This document shows positions 12,282 through 23,858 of a DNA stretch of 64,000 nt, in pieces (positions within the stretch are counted from its first letter, which is position 1; each line of letters begins with the position of its first letter). Source of the DNA: Azolla caroliniana. Lineage: Eukaryota > Plantae > Polypodiophyta. The notes below the pieces were generated by a model. The model did no database searches, was not told where the DNA came from, and was given only the letters and a program-made list of their open reading frames with translations. A program made the translations under genes and the position numbers. The DNA lies in contig JBHGNT010000002.1 in NCBI GenBank assembly GCA_043228905.1, positions 24,366,001-24,430,000 on the forward strand. The letters are read 5' to 3'.

Positions 12282-14261
12282 ATGTCAGAGCTGTATGGCA
12301 GCAACAGCAGGCCCAGCTCCCCCAAACCCCCTACCAAACGCGGAAGCTCCGCCGCCATTCGTAGCGGCGGCGGCGGCAGCGGCGGTAGTGATGCCCCCCG
12401 AGCCCTAGCCCAACACTCGGGACCTTCCGAATTGTCACCCGTGGATGCGGGAGACGATAGCGCTGGAGCCGACCCCGATCCCGATCCCGATCCCAACGTC
12501 GATCCCAATGTCGATCCCGAACTCGAACCCGAACCCGAACCCGACCCCGACCCCCGGCATACCCCGGAAGCCAGCACCCGGTATCGCGGCATCCGCCGTT
12601 ACGCCGCCGGCGACAACTACCGCACCACCTACGTCTGCTGCGTCACCAACCGTGACTCCCCCCACAACAACCGCCAGATATGGCTGGGCCGCTACTACGA
12701 GCCCCAGGCGGCCGCCATGGCCTTCGACGTCTTCTGCCTCTTCAACCACCGCGACGCGCACGTCAACTTCCCGGCGCTGCTGCCCTTGTACTCCCGCTTC
12801 GTCCCGCGCCGCTCCCTGGACGCCCACGGCGCCTTCCTCCCCATCTCCGCCGTCGACCTGGAGATGATCAAGCACATCGGCTTGGGCCTCATCCGTGCCT
12901 TCTGGCCCGACTCCTGCGCCGCCATCCACACGCGCCGCAACCGGAAGGCGCTGCCTATGCCCTCCGCCGCCCAGGCCGGCGTGACGGCGCAGCATGCCGC
13001 CGCCCTGCAGGCGGGCTACTATAACGAGATCGAGGATGGGGTGAGAGTGGCGGCTCTTGTGTTCATGAGCACGCAGCGTGCATTAGCGCAGCAGGCGGCG
13101 CAGCTCCTCGGGGCGGCGGCGGCTCCGCTACCTCCTCCACCACCTCCTCCGTCGGTGGCGGCGGCGTCTCCGGCTCCGGCTCGCCACCAATCCCATTCTT
13201 TCCCACCTGCATCTAATCTCATGATCCACACCGCGTCTGTCCCTGTCCTTCCACAGTCGCCGCTCCCTGCGCCTATACGAGCCAGAAGAAGATTCCTGTC
13301 AGAAGAAGAAGAAGAAGAAGAAGAAGACTACTCCCCCCCCCCGCCGCCGCCACCGCAAGCCACAAGGCTCTTAGGAGCTCATGCTGACCCCCAAGTCTCC
13401 CAAAGGCAAGGACCTCTCACCGCCATGGCTCTCAGTTTCCCACACCACTTCTATGGATCTTCATCCGCCTCTTCTTCTTCTTCTTCTTCAGCTCCGCCTC
13501 CTCCGCCTGCTGCTGCTGCCGCCGCCGCTCTCTCCAGACTCTTAGCCTCCCTTCCTCCTCCTCCCCCTCCCCATGAACCTACTTATTCACATGACATCCC
13601 TACCATGCATGCTTTCCTGGGTACATCTTCGGGCGGTGGTGCCGCCACTACAGATGCGGAATCCCCGATCCCGCCCCCGGCATTGCCTCCACTGTCTCCC
13701 ACTCAACGAAGGCCGATCCCACACGAGCTCCAACTCTTCGACATGCCCGACCGACAATCACCACATCCTCCACCCCCAAACTTAGCACCTCCGCCATATC
13801 CTCCTCCCCCGATAGTTAGTTCCTCGCCGTCAACTCGGACCCTGCCATCCTTAGAGCTGTCCCTAGGATCTTTTGTCCCATCGCCCTCTAGGGATCCAAT
13901 GTCTCCATTGGGTTATATACAACCACCACCTAACCAACAACAACTAGTACAACAACCATGGAACCAACGACAACAATGCCGGCAACCTCGATTGTTCACT
14001 AATGTCGGAAGTGCCCACCAAGCACTTCCGGAAGCTGCCGACATTCTGCCGAGAGCACAGCAAGCGCACGACCCTATCGCCTCGTCCATCTCGAATTCTT
14101 CGCCAACCTTAGGGGAGCTTCATGTGAGGATGGCCAATAGTAATTATAACTCCTCTTCTGCATGGAGGTCCTCCAGTAGTTTTCCACATTCAGCACATAC
14201 GCTAGATCCTCATCCTAACCCTCATGATTATGAGAATGAAAGCAAAGAAGAGAAAAGATGA
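12282..14261 (+). CDS. Intronless divergent AP2/ERF-domain protein with Pro-rich C-terminus and EAR-like motif
   Basis: 659-aa ORF from ATG 12282. YRGIRR...RQIWLGRY...AAAMAFD...AHVNFP (about 12580-12775) matches AP2 YRG/WLG/AxxYD/NFP. LELSL EAR-like motif near 13851. Strong GC bias at third codon positions. Confidence 0.8.
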   Translation: MSELYGSNSRPSSPKPPTKRGSSAAIRSGGGGSGGSDAPRALAQHSGPSELSPVDAGDDSAGADPDPDPDPNVDPNVDPELEPEPEPDPDPRHTPEASTRYRGIRRYAAGDNYRTTYVCCVTNRDSPHNNRQIWLGRYYEPQAAAMAFDVFCLFNHRDAHVNFPALLPLYSRFVPRRSLDAHGAFLPISAVDLEMIKHIGLGLIRAFWPDSCAAIHTRRNRKALPMPSAAQAGVTAQHAAALQAGYYNEIEDGVRVAALVFMSTQRALAQQAAQLLGAAAAPLPPPPPPPSVAAASPAPARHQSHSFPPASNLMIHTASVPVLPQSPLPAPIRARRRFLSEEEEEEEEDYSPPPPPPPQATRLLGAHADPQVSQRQGPLTAMALSFPHHFYGSSSASSSSSSSAPPPPPAAAAAAALSRLLASLPPPPPPHEPTYSHDIPTMHAFLGTSSGGGAATTDAESPIPPPALPPLSPTQRRPIPHELQLFDMPDRQSPHPPPPNLAPPPYPPPPIVSSSPSTRTLPSLELSLGSFVPSPSRDPMSPLGYIQPPPNQQQLVQQPWNQRQQCRQPRLFTNVGSAHQALPEAADILPRAQQAHDPIASSISNSSPTLGELHVRMANSNYNSSSAWRSSSSFPHSAHTLDPHPNPHDYENESKEEKR

Positions 14262-15452
14262 AGGTTGAGAGAGAGACAGACAGTAATATGTGTCAAAAAG
14301 TGTTCACAAATCATAATAATACTAACGTAGGCTTCGACTTCTCCTCCTCCTGGTGGTAGTATTCCTTCTATATATAACCCACAAGCATTCCTTTGATGCA
14401 GCTGAAGATCTAAATTTTGATTAGTGTTAGGGATAATCTTGCCAATGTAAATTTCTCTCTTTTTTCTCTTATTGAATCTTTGATCCTGATCACACACTAG
14501 TAGTTTGACCTTATTTGTAAACAAAGATATCTCCAAGTCTCATAAGATTGTGTGTCAAAATCATTCATGTTTTCTTGAGTTCTGATCATTGATAAACATC
14601 ATTCGATATAACATGAGTGTATAATAATACATGGGCAGACCTATACTTGTAATTCAAATTATAACATTGGATTTGCTTGCTCGAAGAAAGGTGGTCTACA
14701 ATACAATTTTCTCTTTATTGTGTATGTGTATGTGATAGCTTGATATTAATACTTATTCTTGACTACCTTTGGGATCACATGACACGTGCATGGAACATAT
14801 CTTGGATGTTATATATACTTCTCCCATAAAAACCTAGTGAAGGATGAATATCTCGTCTCCCATGCTCAAGATCTAAAGGTGATTCACGAGGAGTATGATG
14901 ACTTGTTAGATAGGCATGATAATATAAGTGTTATACTTAACTCTCACTTCAAAAAGTTGATGACTAGTAATTGAGTTTTTTCTAATCATGCCAAGTAACT
15001 TCTTAGCACATTTCTTGAATTGAACACGGTAATCTTTTTTCTAGTAAGTGTAAGTGTCATCGTGAAAGAAAAAACACCACCACTACGAACTTGCAATGAA
15101 CTTTGGATCCCTCTAGGATTCAGACCACCAAGATTAACACATCAGTGCATTCTTCATCAATGGCTATACTCCCAAAGTATTGTTGAAAACATGATGACTA
15201 TATTTCCAATGACAATTTTTTAAATAGCTTCATTTATGAACTTGCCAACCATTTATCTTAATTCATCAATGCGTACAATAGATAGAATTTGATTATTTTC
15301 CTCACCCTTGACTGCATCCAAACTCATACGGCACTTTTGACCTTCATGACATCCATTATGAAATCATTTTTATTTGGCCTACATTTCTTAATGACACTAC
15401 AAGGTATGTACTTGGGCAAAAGGCATAGCTTCAATGACCTCACACAAAAACC

Positions 15453-15490
<38 letters not shown>

Positions 15491-15738
15491 AGAGAGAGAT
15501 TAATGTATTCTTAGATAGATTTTGGCACATTAGGCAATCGGTTACAATAATGGGATGTGTACCCATTCATCAAAAGTAAAAATAAAAAAACAAAAACAAA
15601 AATGGTTTAGAGTGGTACAAAATTGTTATGGGATGCAACATGTTCTATAAAGGAAGCGACTATGTGTTGAGACTAGTTTCATTCCATTTGAGTCTCTCAA
15701 AAATGAGTGGGGGGTTGAAAGGTTTCAATGCAAGTGCT

Positions 15739-15930
15739 GACCATAGCTTCTAGGCAAGGGTAATTCCCGTTCCCTTATTCTTAATTGCTTATGCACGGCA
15801 ACAACTGAGTTTGAACCCCGTTATTCGAGGGCCCGACCATAGCTTCTAAGCAAGGTTAATTCTCACTCCCTTATATTCTTAATTGCTTATGCACAACAAC
15901 AAGTGAGTTTGAAGCCCGTTATTCGAGGGC
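15739..15930. repeat. About 96-bp tandem duplication
   Basis: GACCATAGCTTCTA...CCCGTTATTCGAGGGC is present twice with few differences. Confidence 0.85.
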
Positions 15931-16547
15931 ATTTGGTTGCTCTTTGGTTTTCTACTTCAGTGAGGGAGAGGTTGAGCAACAAGGGAGAGGTTGAGTAGTG
16001 TAGGTGTGGGCGAATATTAGATGACTAGCATTTTGTAGTTTGTCGTCTCTATGCCCTTTTACCTCTAAGATATACTTGCCTAGTGTCTTTATGTCTAAGG
16101 TATCAAATCATTATGTCAAGATGGTGGGAGAGGATCCAAGTATGTTTTAGTATTTAAATTCTCTTATCTTGACATAAGTTAGACATTTACATGTAAAATG
16201 GTACTCATCCTCTATCTCTATGTGACATAATTTACATATCCCTTCCTCTCTTGGAACTCATTATCTCATCCATTTTCAATCTCAAGTTAGTGGGATGATA
16301 CTCTAAGTTGTCCAATGGCAACCCTTAGTGCATTTGAAAAGAACATATCTAGATATTTTGGTCATATAATAAAACCTAACTCAAAGAATTGCATAAAATG
16401 CTCCTTTTAGTACAATGTTTTAGATAGGAGTGGATCTAGTGTGTTGATCCATCAATGGTTAGTATAAAATTGCCATGTTTCGTGGTGTATCACTTTATGA
16501 TGGTTCCCATGAGAGATTAAAGTTTTACTACAATATTATACCATGCG

Positions 16548-16832
16548 TCTTGGCAAAAGGTCGAGTTCTTCCACTTTGTATCTTAGTGTGAACACATCCA
16601 AATAGATAGGGCTTAGTATATAAGCTCTAACCTAACACTGTAACAACAACCTTCTTGTATCTTGAGTCCTGTAGAGAGAGAGAGTTACAAAATAACGAGA
16701 AACTCCATTGAAGCTCCAACTATGTGTCAATCTATTGTTTTCTTCCTTGTCGCATATCTGTGTTGTTTGTTGTGCACATAACCGACAGGTCCTCCCATAC
16801 TTCCGCATACATATCGAACCCTATATACGACA
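16548..16832 (+). repeat. Copia 5' LTR
   Basis: Near-identical to 28019-28312, ends in CA, followed by the PBS, and contains an AG tract. The 5' TG is mutated to TC. Confidence 0.85.
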
Positions 16833-16834
16833 AC

Positions 16835-16846
16835 TGGTATCAGAGC
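16835..16846 (+). promoter_or_regulatory. Primer-binding site (tRNA-iMet)
   Basis: TGGTATCAGAGC, 2 nt after the LTR end. Confidence 0.92.
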
Positions 16847-16931
16847 AATCTGTTGTTTAGCGGCAACAAAACAACAGAGAAAGCTAAAAGAAAAGACAAG
16901 GTCAGTAAAAATCTCATTTCTCAAAAAGAGC

Positions 16932-19803
16932 ATGGCTTCAACATCCGGTACAGGAATTGAAATCCAGAAGTTTGATGGAAAAAAATTTGCCCTATGGAAA
17001 GAGATGATGCATGATGTGTTGATCATCAGAAGACAGGTCGAAGCCATTCGACACAATGAGAAACCTGCTTCGATGACAACCGAAGTGTGGAGATCCATAG
17101 ACAAAATCGTGTGCTCCACCATCCTAATGCATCTGGCCGAAAACGTCTACTTCAGCATGGCCAAGGAGACAACAACATTCTCGTTATGGGAGAAGTTGCA
17201 TGTTGTGAATGAAAAGAAGTTCTCATCTTTGAAACTGATACTAATCAAACAATTGTTCAATATGAAGATGAGAGAAACCGATACAACCACCTCCCACATC
17301 AACACCTTCAACTGGGTGTTGTTTGAACTCTCCTCCCAAGGGATTAACTTCGAAGAAGAAGTGAAAGCCCTTGCCCTCCTATCGAGCTTGCTGGCGAGTT
17401 GGGAGGTATTCTACACGATTTGCCAATAGTTGATGAAATTTAAATCTAGAGGAAACAATCGGCCAAGTCCTCACTGAGGATATTAGATGAAAATCGATGG
17501 GAATCACCATCGACGAGTCGGCAGAAGCCCATCACTAGACCGAGTCGATCGACCGAATTAGTAGATCGAGAGAACAAGCAAACAAAACCGGTCGGAATAC
17601 CAATCGGTCGAAAACGAGGGGAGACCGACAATGGTTGAAGTTGAGAATGAATCGATCAGGAGAATTCTACACCCACTGCAGAAAAGCCAGTCACAACATT
17701 TTCGATTGTTGTTTTCGATCAAGAGGAAAGAGAATGGTCGGCGATCCGAGCGGAATCGAGGGCGATTCGACTCGAACCACTCTCCAGTTGGAAACGAAGT
17801 CAATGTTGCCGACACCCGATCGGGAGAAATCCTCTCCTTAGAGGACTCAATGATCGGAGAGGTCCTCTACAGTGCGCAAGACACACATACGTGATTGCTG
17901 GATTCTGATGCCACATTCCACATGACCCTAAACATTGAATGGTTTTCAAACTATTCAACCGACGTCAGCGGCACCGTCCGACTCGCAATGGGCAGGAGTG
18001 CAGAATTGCAGGAATTGGCGAAGTACCAATTCAATTGTCGAAAACTTGTACCCAATGATGGCGATCGATCTAAAAGGGGCTGTGAACGTATCCGAGAAGA
18101 CCGACCCAAACTTATGGCATGGCCGACTTAGCCATATGTCTCATGCCGGACTCGATCGGCTAATGGCGGTCGGTTACATCCCAAAACTCTCGGCAAAGAC
18201 GGACTTCTATGAGCATTGTCGATATGGGAAACAGGCCCAAAGTTTGCACTCTCTTCACTATGAGATGGTACGACAACCTAGAGCTCGTACACACAAATAT
18301 ATATGGGCCTATGCCCGAGCGATCACTAGGAGGCTCCCAATACTTCATCACATTTGTAGATGATTGTACACGGAAGGTCTAGGCCTATTCGATTAGGTTG
18401 AAAGACGAAGCGCTCGAGGTCTTCACTCGGTGGATAACTGAAGTGGAGAACCGGTCAGGATACAAAGTGAAGACACTCTGATCTAACAATGGCAGTGAAT
18501 ACACCTCCAGAGCCTTCAAACAGTACTTGCCCAACAAAGGGACCCGGCATCAAAATACCATTCCATACACACCCATGCAGAATGGAGTGGCAGAACGGAT
18601 CAACCGAACGATCCAAGATAGGGTGACGGCAATGCTCCAGCAAGCCGGAATGAAGCTGGAGTTCTGGGCTGAAGCATTGTAAATGATAGTTTACTTGATA
18701 AATCGAACACCGTCGAAAGCAATCAGGCCCGAAGTGCCACAAGCACTATGGTCAAGCAAACAACCGACCTATGACAGACTTTGTATATTCGGATGTGACG
18801 CCTATGCATTCATCCCTAGGGAGAAGAGGACCAAATTGGCACCCCATGAAACAAAATGCATATTTCTCTGTTATGGAACCGATGGGGAAATCGGCTACAG
18901 GCTATGGGACCCAGAGAACCGGAAGTTGATCCGGAGCAGTGATGCGATCTTCAATGAAGGCTCTATTCTCTCTACACAGAACCAACACACAATACTGGGC
19001 AAAAGGTCTCTTTTAAAATCAATTGAGACGTCGTAGAAAGAGCAACCCATCGGGCCGAATCGGTGATTCGACAAACAGTCGAAATCAACTGAGCCGACAT
19101 CACCCCTACCTACCCCGAATCGGCAAGGGGTCCACTAGTCGAAAATGGGTCGACTACTCGATTGACAAGAACTGACAAAGATAATACTTCGAAGGCAAAA
19201 TCTGCCATGTCAATCAATCCCAAAGAAGGGAAGTATGACGTGACACCGGCGAAATCCCTCTATAGGGGCGAGTCATCCAATAGGACTCCTGACATCAGTG
19301 GTTCAACAAGTACCGATCGACCGATAGAGCCGATCGAAGGATCCGAACTGATCACTTTGACACCTACGAGATACGGATGAATTCGAAGGCCAACAAAGTT
19401 CTATCAATCGGGTCTTGACTACGTCAACTACACCGATGTAGGCAAACCAAGCACATACGAAGAAGCTATAGTTGCACCAGACACCGATACATGGCTACAA
19501 GTCATGCAATCTTGGATGGACTCGATTCGACATAATCAAACATGGGAGCTGGTCGAACTACCAGCAGGATGGAAGTCGCTACCCTACAAATGGGTCTTCA
19601 AGTACAAACATGTATCCGACTTTGAGAAACCCAAATACAAAGCTCGGCTTGTCGCGAAAGGGTTCAAATAGAAACATGGAGTTGACTACAACGAGATATT
19701 CTCACCAGTAGTCAAGATGACCACCCTTCGGCTCCTTCTTAGGGTCGTGGCGACAGAAGACGTGGAGCTCGAGTAGCTAGACATAAAGACGACATTTCTA
19801 CAC
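16932..19803 (+). pseudogene. Copia gag-PR-INT-RT (5' part), disrupted
   Basis: ORF fragments 16932-17429, 17895-, 17935- and 18683-. The RT is cut at KTTFLH by the insertion at 19804. Confidence 0.88.
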
Positions 19804-20095
19804 TGTCATGAACAGTACTAAGACAGAGAAGGAATTAGTACTAAAAGAAGTATTAGTACTAAGAGAGGTGAAGAACTCTCGAGAGAAGGAAAGAGTGAGT
19901 GAGAGGGAGGGAGAGAGAGATCGAGAGAGAGAGAGAGTGATGATAAGAAAAAATATATATTATGTGAAGAGAATGTACAATAGTAGCTAGGAGGCTTAAG
20001 ACTGGCGTTGAACCGATTTGGTTCGAAATAATGCCTTGTGCCTCCTTTTATAGTGTTCTAACGAATATTCTTGAAGTTTCTAGAATGTTCCAGAG
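19804..20095 (-). repeat. Truncated 3' LTR of nested gypsy element 1
   Basis: Matches 22057 to about 22350, then fuses directly to protease sequence. The outer U3 end, PPT and pol are deleted. Confidence 0.88.
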
Positions 20096-21499
20096 GCAAT
20101 GGGACGACCATCGACGACTACTACAAAGGCAGGACATGGGAGTTTTCTGAGAGATATCCGATGAGCTTGGGCAAATTTCCTATCCATGAAGCAAGAATTA
20201 GCTCCGGAATCTAGAAGTGCTAAGACATGTACTGGAGGAGTACTTTTAGTACTAACTGTTACTTGGGCTACGAACACATTGCTAACTTGCTTAGAGGGAA
20301 TGGAACCACTAATGGGCTGCACAGATCTAGGGTTGTCCAACCAAACGACTCCTATTTTGGCTGGACTTAGTCGTTTAACTCTTCTTCTAACTGACTAAGG
20401 ACATCGAATTTGTTCGCTAGATTTGGGCTATTAGTACTATTAGGACTATCAGATATCCCTACTGAAATAGACTCGGGTTTAGTACAATCAGAACTAGCAA
20501 CTATTTGGTTTACCTGCATTCTTGGCCTATGGGGACAGTTTACCGCGATATGCCCTGGTCCACCGCAATAAAGACATAGTCGGTTTGCTCGGCGTCGTTG
20601 CTTTTCTTCTTCCGATAGCGGTCCACAACGACGTCTGGTGTCAATTTCCATCGGAGTTGGAGTACTTACTGGAGGCGCATTATATGACTCCCTCGGAAAA
20701 GGTTTCGCTACCACTGAGGTGTAGGTAGGCTCTGATCTTGCCCTCGGAATCTGGAATTGTCATTCCGAACGTCGTTCAAAGAGGCGGTTGTCGCATCTCA
20801 CCGCGCGACTAATTGCTTCTGTTAATGACTTTGGCTCTTCGGGGAAGGTCAAGAGTAAATCCTTGACATCGTTGCGTAAGCCATAACGGAATTGCTCCAT
20901 CAATGCATGATCATCCCAAGGGATATCGGCCGCGAGTAGGCAGAAATCTGCAGCGTATGCGGAAGCTGGACGATCACCTTGGCATAATCGCCGGATTTTG
21001 TTGATTGCATTCCTTATGTTGTCAATATCTCCAAAACAGGCCTTAAACTCACTTATAAATTCTTCAAAACTGTTAAGTAATGGAGAATCCTTTTCCAACA
21101 ATGGAGCAAACCATGGTAACGTTGAGCCACTAAGGAGAGTGCCTACTAGTCCCACTCGTGATTGTTGAGCGGCAAGCTCAACTGGAGCCGGATCGGCTGA
21201 ATAAGCCTGAGCCAGTAAGCGAGATGAATCGGTATGCCGGTGAGCAACCAAGCCGGTAAGCAGTAAGGACCGGTGAGCTGGGGAGCCGGTATGCCGGATC
21301 CAATCCGTAACCGGAAGCCTAGTATAGGTTAGACTACTAGGCAGTTATAGTCTCATAGTTAGTGTCAGATGCTTGTGTGAGCATTGAAGTACACCGTACT
21401 TCTAACAGTCCCATGTGGACTTGTATAAATAGCGCTGATGAGCGCGTTGTAGATACAGAGCACAGAGTATTCATATAATTTTGGAAAATAGTGTGTTTT

Positions 21500-21537
<38 letters not shown>

Positions 21538-21958
21538 ACGTACTCTCTCTCTCTCTCTCTCTTTGTGTATTGTTCTTTCTAACGCTTCCGCAAGCAATCT
21601 TTTACAGTGATGCATCGATGGGATATCGAGAAGGATGCATTTGTATCACTAAACGTACCTGATTCAAAAAACCCCTAAACTGTGATCGGGTCCCATCAAA
21701 TTTTGCAGGAAAACCGATCTTGGGTTCTTTGTGAATCCCTTGAGTGCTTGATCCTTGTTGTTGTAATGATATGATAGTCGCTTCGAGTTGTTGTACACGT
21801 AGCGTCAGCTCCCCATGTTGTTGTTGTTTTTCAATCGCTATTTGTTGAAGATCCCCCAACAAACGATGCTTTTCTTGTTCTAGTGCTACAAATTTCTCTT
21901 TTAAGCACTGGAGCTCCGAGAAAACAGATTGGTATTCCTGAGTGCTAACAGTTTCCAT
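20080..21958 (-). pseudogene. gag and partial protease of nested gypsy element 1
   Basis: ATG 21958; interrupted by a solo LTR and an in-frame TGA at 20760-20762; gag stop at 20367; protease in the -1 frame. Confidence 0.88.
21163..21606 (+). mobile_element. Solo LTR of another family inserted in the gypsy gag
   Basis: TG...CA ends; perfect TSD GTGAT (21158-21162 and 21607-21611); removal restores gag YPIDAS-RVGLVG. TATAAATA near 21425, CT tract and CCGG-rich repeats. Confidence 0.9.
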
Positions 21959-22056
21959 TTTACTAGGGAGGATAAGAGGATTAATAAGAAGATAAAAAGA
22001 AGAGGAGGAAAGGAAGATACAGAAGGAAGATCGACCAACAGAAAATCGGTTCAAAC

Positions 22057-22491
22057 TGTCAGGAACAGTACTAAGACAGAGAAGGAATTAGTACTAAAAG
22101 AAGTATTAGTACTAAGAGAGGTGAAGAACTCTCGAGAGAAGGAAAGAGTGAGTGAGAGGGAGGGGGAGAGAGAGAGAGAGAGAGAGAGAGAGTGATGATA
22201 AGAAAAGATATATATTATGTGAAGAGAATGTACAGTAGTAACTAGGAGGCTTAAGACTGGCGTTGAACTGATTTGGTTCGAAATAATGCCTTGTGCCTCC
22301 TTTTATAGTGTTCTAAGGAATACTCTTGAAGTTTCTAGAATGTTCCAGAGAAATCTGGAATATACATCAATTTTCTATAATAAAACATAAATGAAAATAA
22401 TATTCTACGTATTACAATGTATGGTCTAATGGTCAAGAGCTCGACCCATGTAGCATAAGGTCATGGGTTCGAGTCTTGCCATATCATGACA
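22057..22491 (-). repeat. 5' LTR of nested gypsy element 1
   Basis: TG...CA ends; matches 19804 to about 20095; TATA on the minus strand; AG tract. Confidence 0.9.
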
Positions 22492-23704
22492 TACACGGAG
22501 ATCTGGAAGAAGACATCTACATATCTCAATCGGCAGGCTTCACAATGACAAGGGAGGAAGGTCACCTCCTATGTCGACTGAAGAAAAGCCTTTATGGCTA
22601 AAAACAAGCGCCAAGGATGTGGTACCAGAAGTTTGACTCCTACATTCGACTACTCGGCTACAACCGGTTCGACTCCGACCCATGTCTATATACTCGGCAA
22701 TTGGTCGACGAGTCCTGGATCTATCTGATCCTATATGTTGACGACATGTTGATTGTAGGAAGCAATCAAGCCGAAATCGAAAAGCTAAAGCAGAGCCTTC
22801 ACAACAAGTTTGCGATGATGGAACTCGGACAAGCCCGACACATTCTGGGAATGAGGATTGAGCCAAATCGAACAACAAAGACTCTCTGGCTCTCCTGATC
22901 CGACTACATGCAAAAGTCATTGAGGTGCTTCAACATGGAGAATGTGAAGCCAACATCAACACCACTTCCGACGTTGATCTGACTATCGGACAAAGACTCT
23001 GCTTCGACGGATAAGGAGAGAGAGCTCAAAGGAAAGATACCCTACGCATCGTTCGTAGGAAGTATCATGTACGTGATGGTGGCGACCCAACCTGACCTTG
23101 CCTATGTCGTAGGGGTCGTAAGCTGCTACATGTCAAAACAAGACGGAAGCATTGGGAGGTCGTCAGGCATATCTTCAGGTACCTAAGAAGGACCAAAGAT
23201 ACACAAATGACTTTCAGATCAACAAACCCGACCGAAGTCCAAGGCTATACTGACTCTGACTATGCCGAAAATATGGACAATCGGAAGTCGACATCATGAT
23301 ATATTTTCATCTATGGCAGCGGGCCATATCATGGAGGTCGAAGCTGCAAGAGTGCATAACTCTGTCCACCACAAAGGCAGAGTACATAGCAGCATCAAAA
23401 TCCAGCAAAGGAAGCCATCTAGTTGCACTGACTGTCAACCGATTTCTCGATGACAAGTCAAATCAACCAACCAACACCGACCATTTACTACGACTCACAG
23501 AGCGCGATACACCTCATAAATAATCTTGTCTATCATGCGAAGACAAAACATATTGAGGTGCAGTATCATCACATCCGAGAGCTCGTAACAGAGAAGAAGC
23601 TCGAAGTTCGGAAGATCAACACTGAGGTAAACATCGTTGATTGCTTGACGAAGCCACTCCCAAATCAACGCTTTAGAGCACTAAGGAAAAAGATGGGACT
23701 ATGA
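22492..23704 (+). pseudogene. Copia RT (3' part) and RNase H, disrupted
   Basis: Motifs GDLEEDIY, WYQKFD, LYVDDML, AISWRSKLQ...STTKAEY and KHIEVQYH. Confidence 0.9.
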
Positions 23705-23858
23705 GAAGCGACCGAGTAGAAGAACGCCGAGTGTGGAGCAGAAGTTAAGTCAAAGACATGCCCGACCGGACGAGCCGACAAGGCAAAGTCAAAAGAATCG
23801 GAAGCACAAGAGCAAGCACAAGCTAACAACAGACGATCGACCCAAAGCCATAGCGCGA

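Larger units (their letters stand above)
19804..22491 (-). mobile_element. Nested, internally deleted Ty3/gypsy chromovirus-like (Tf1/sushi/Tcn1-type) element
   Basis: TGTCATGA...TCATGACA termini; perfect TSD TACAC (19799-19803 and 22492-22496); removal restores the copia RT (FLH-GDLEE). Gag motifs KFDGTRSQFRGFL, PMEID and CLYCGGPGHIAVNCP; protease ALLDSGA. Confidence 0.93.

Noticed and set aside
11900-13231. Many overlapping or antisense ORFs around the AP2 gene
   Set aside because: Expected by-products of high GC and low-complexity sequence; no domain motifs.
21170-21240. A-box-like AAGCTCAACTGG in the solo LTR
   Set aside because: No credible B box at tRNA spacing, so it was not counted as a third cassette.
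22417-22491. Functional tRNA genes in the LTRs (also 24485-24555 and 27297-27366)
   Set aside because: Acceptor, anticodon and T stems do not pair properly; only the promoter boxes are retained.
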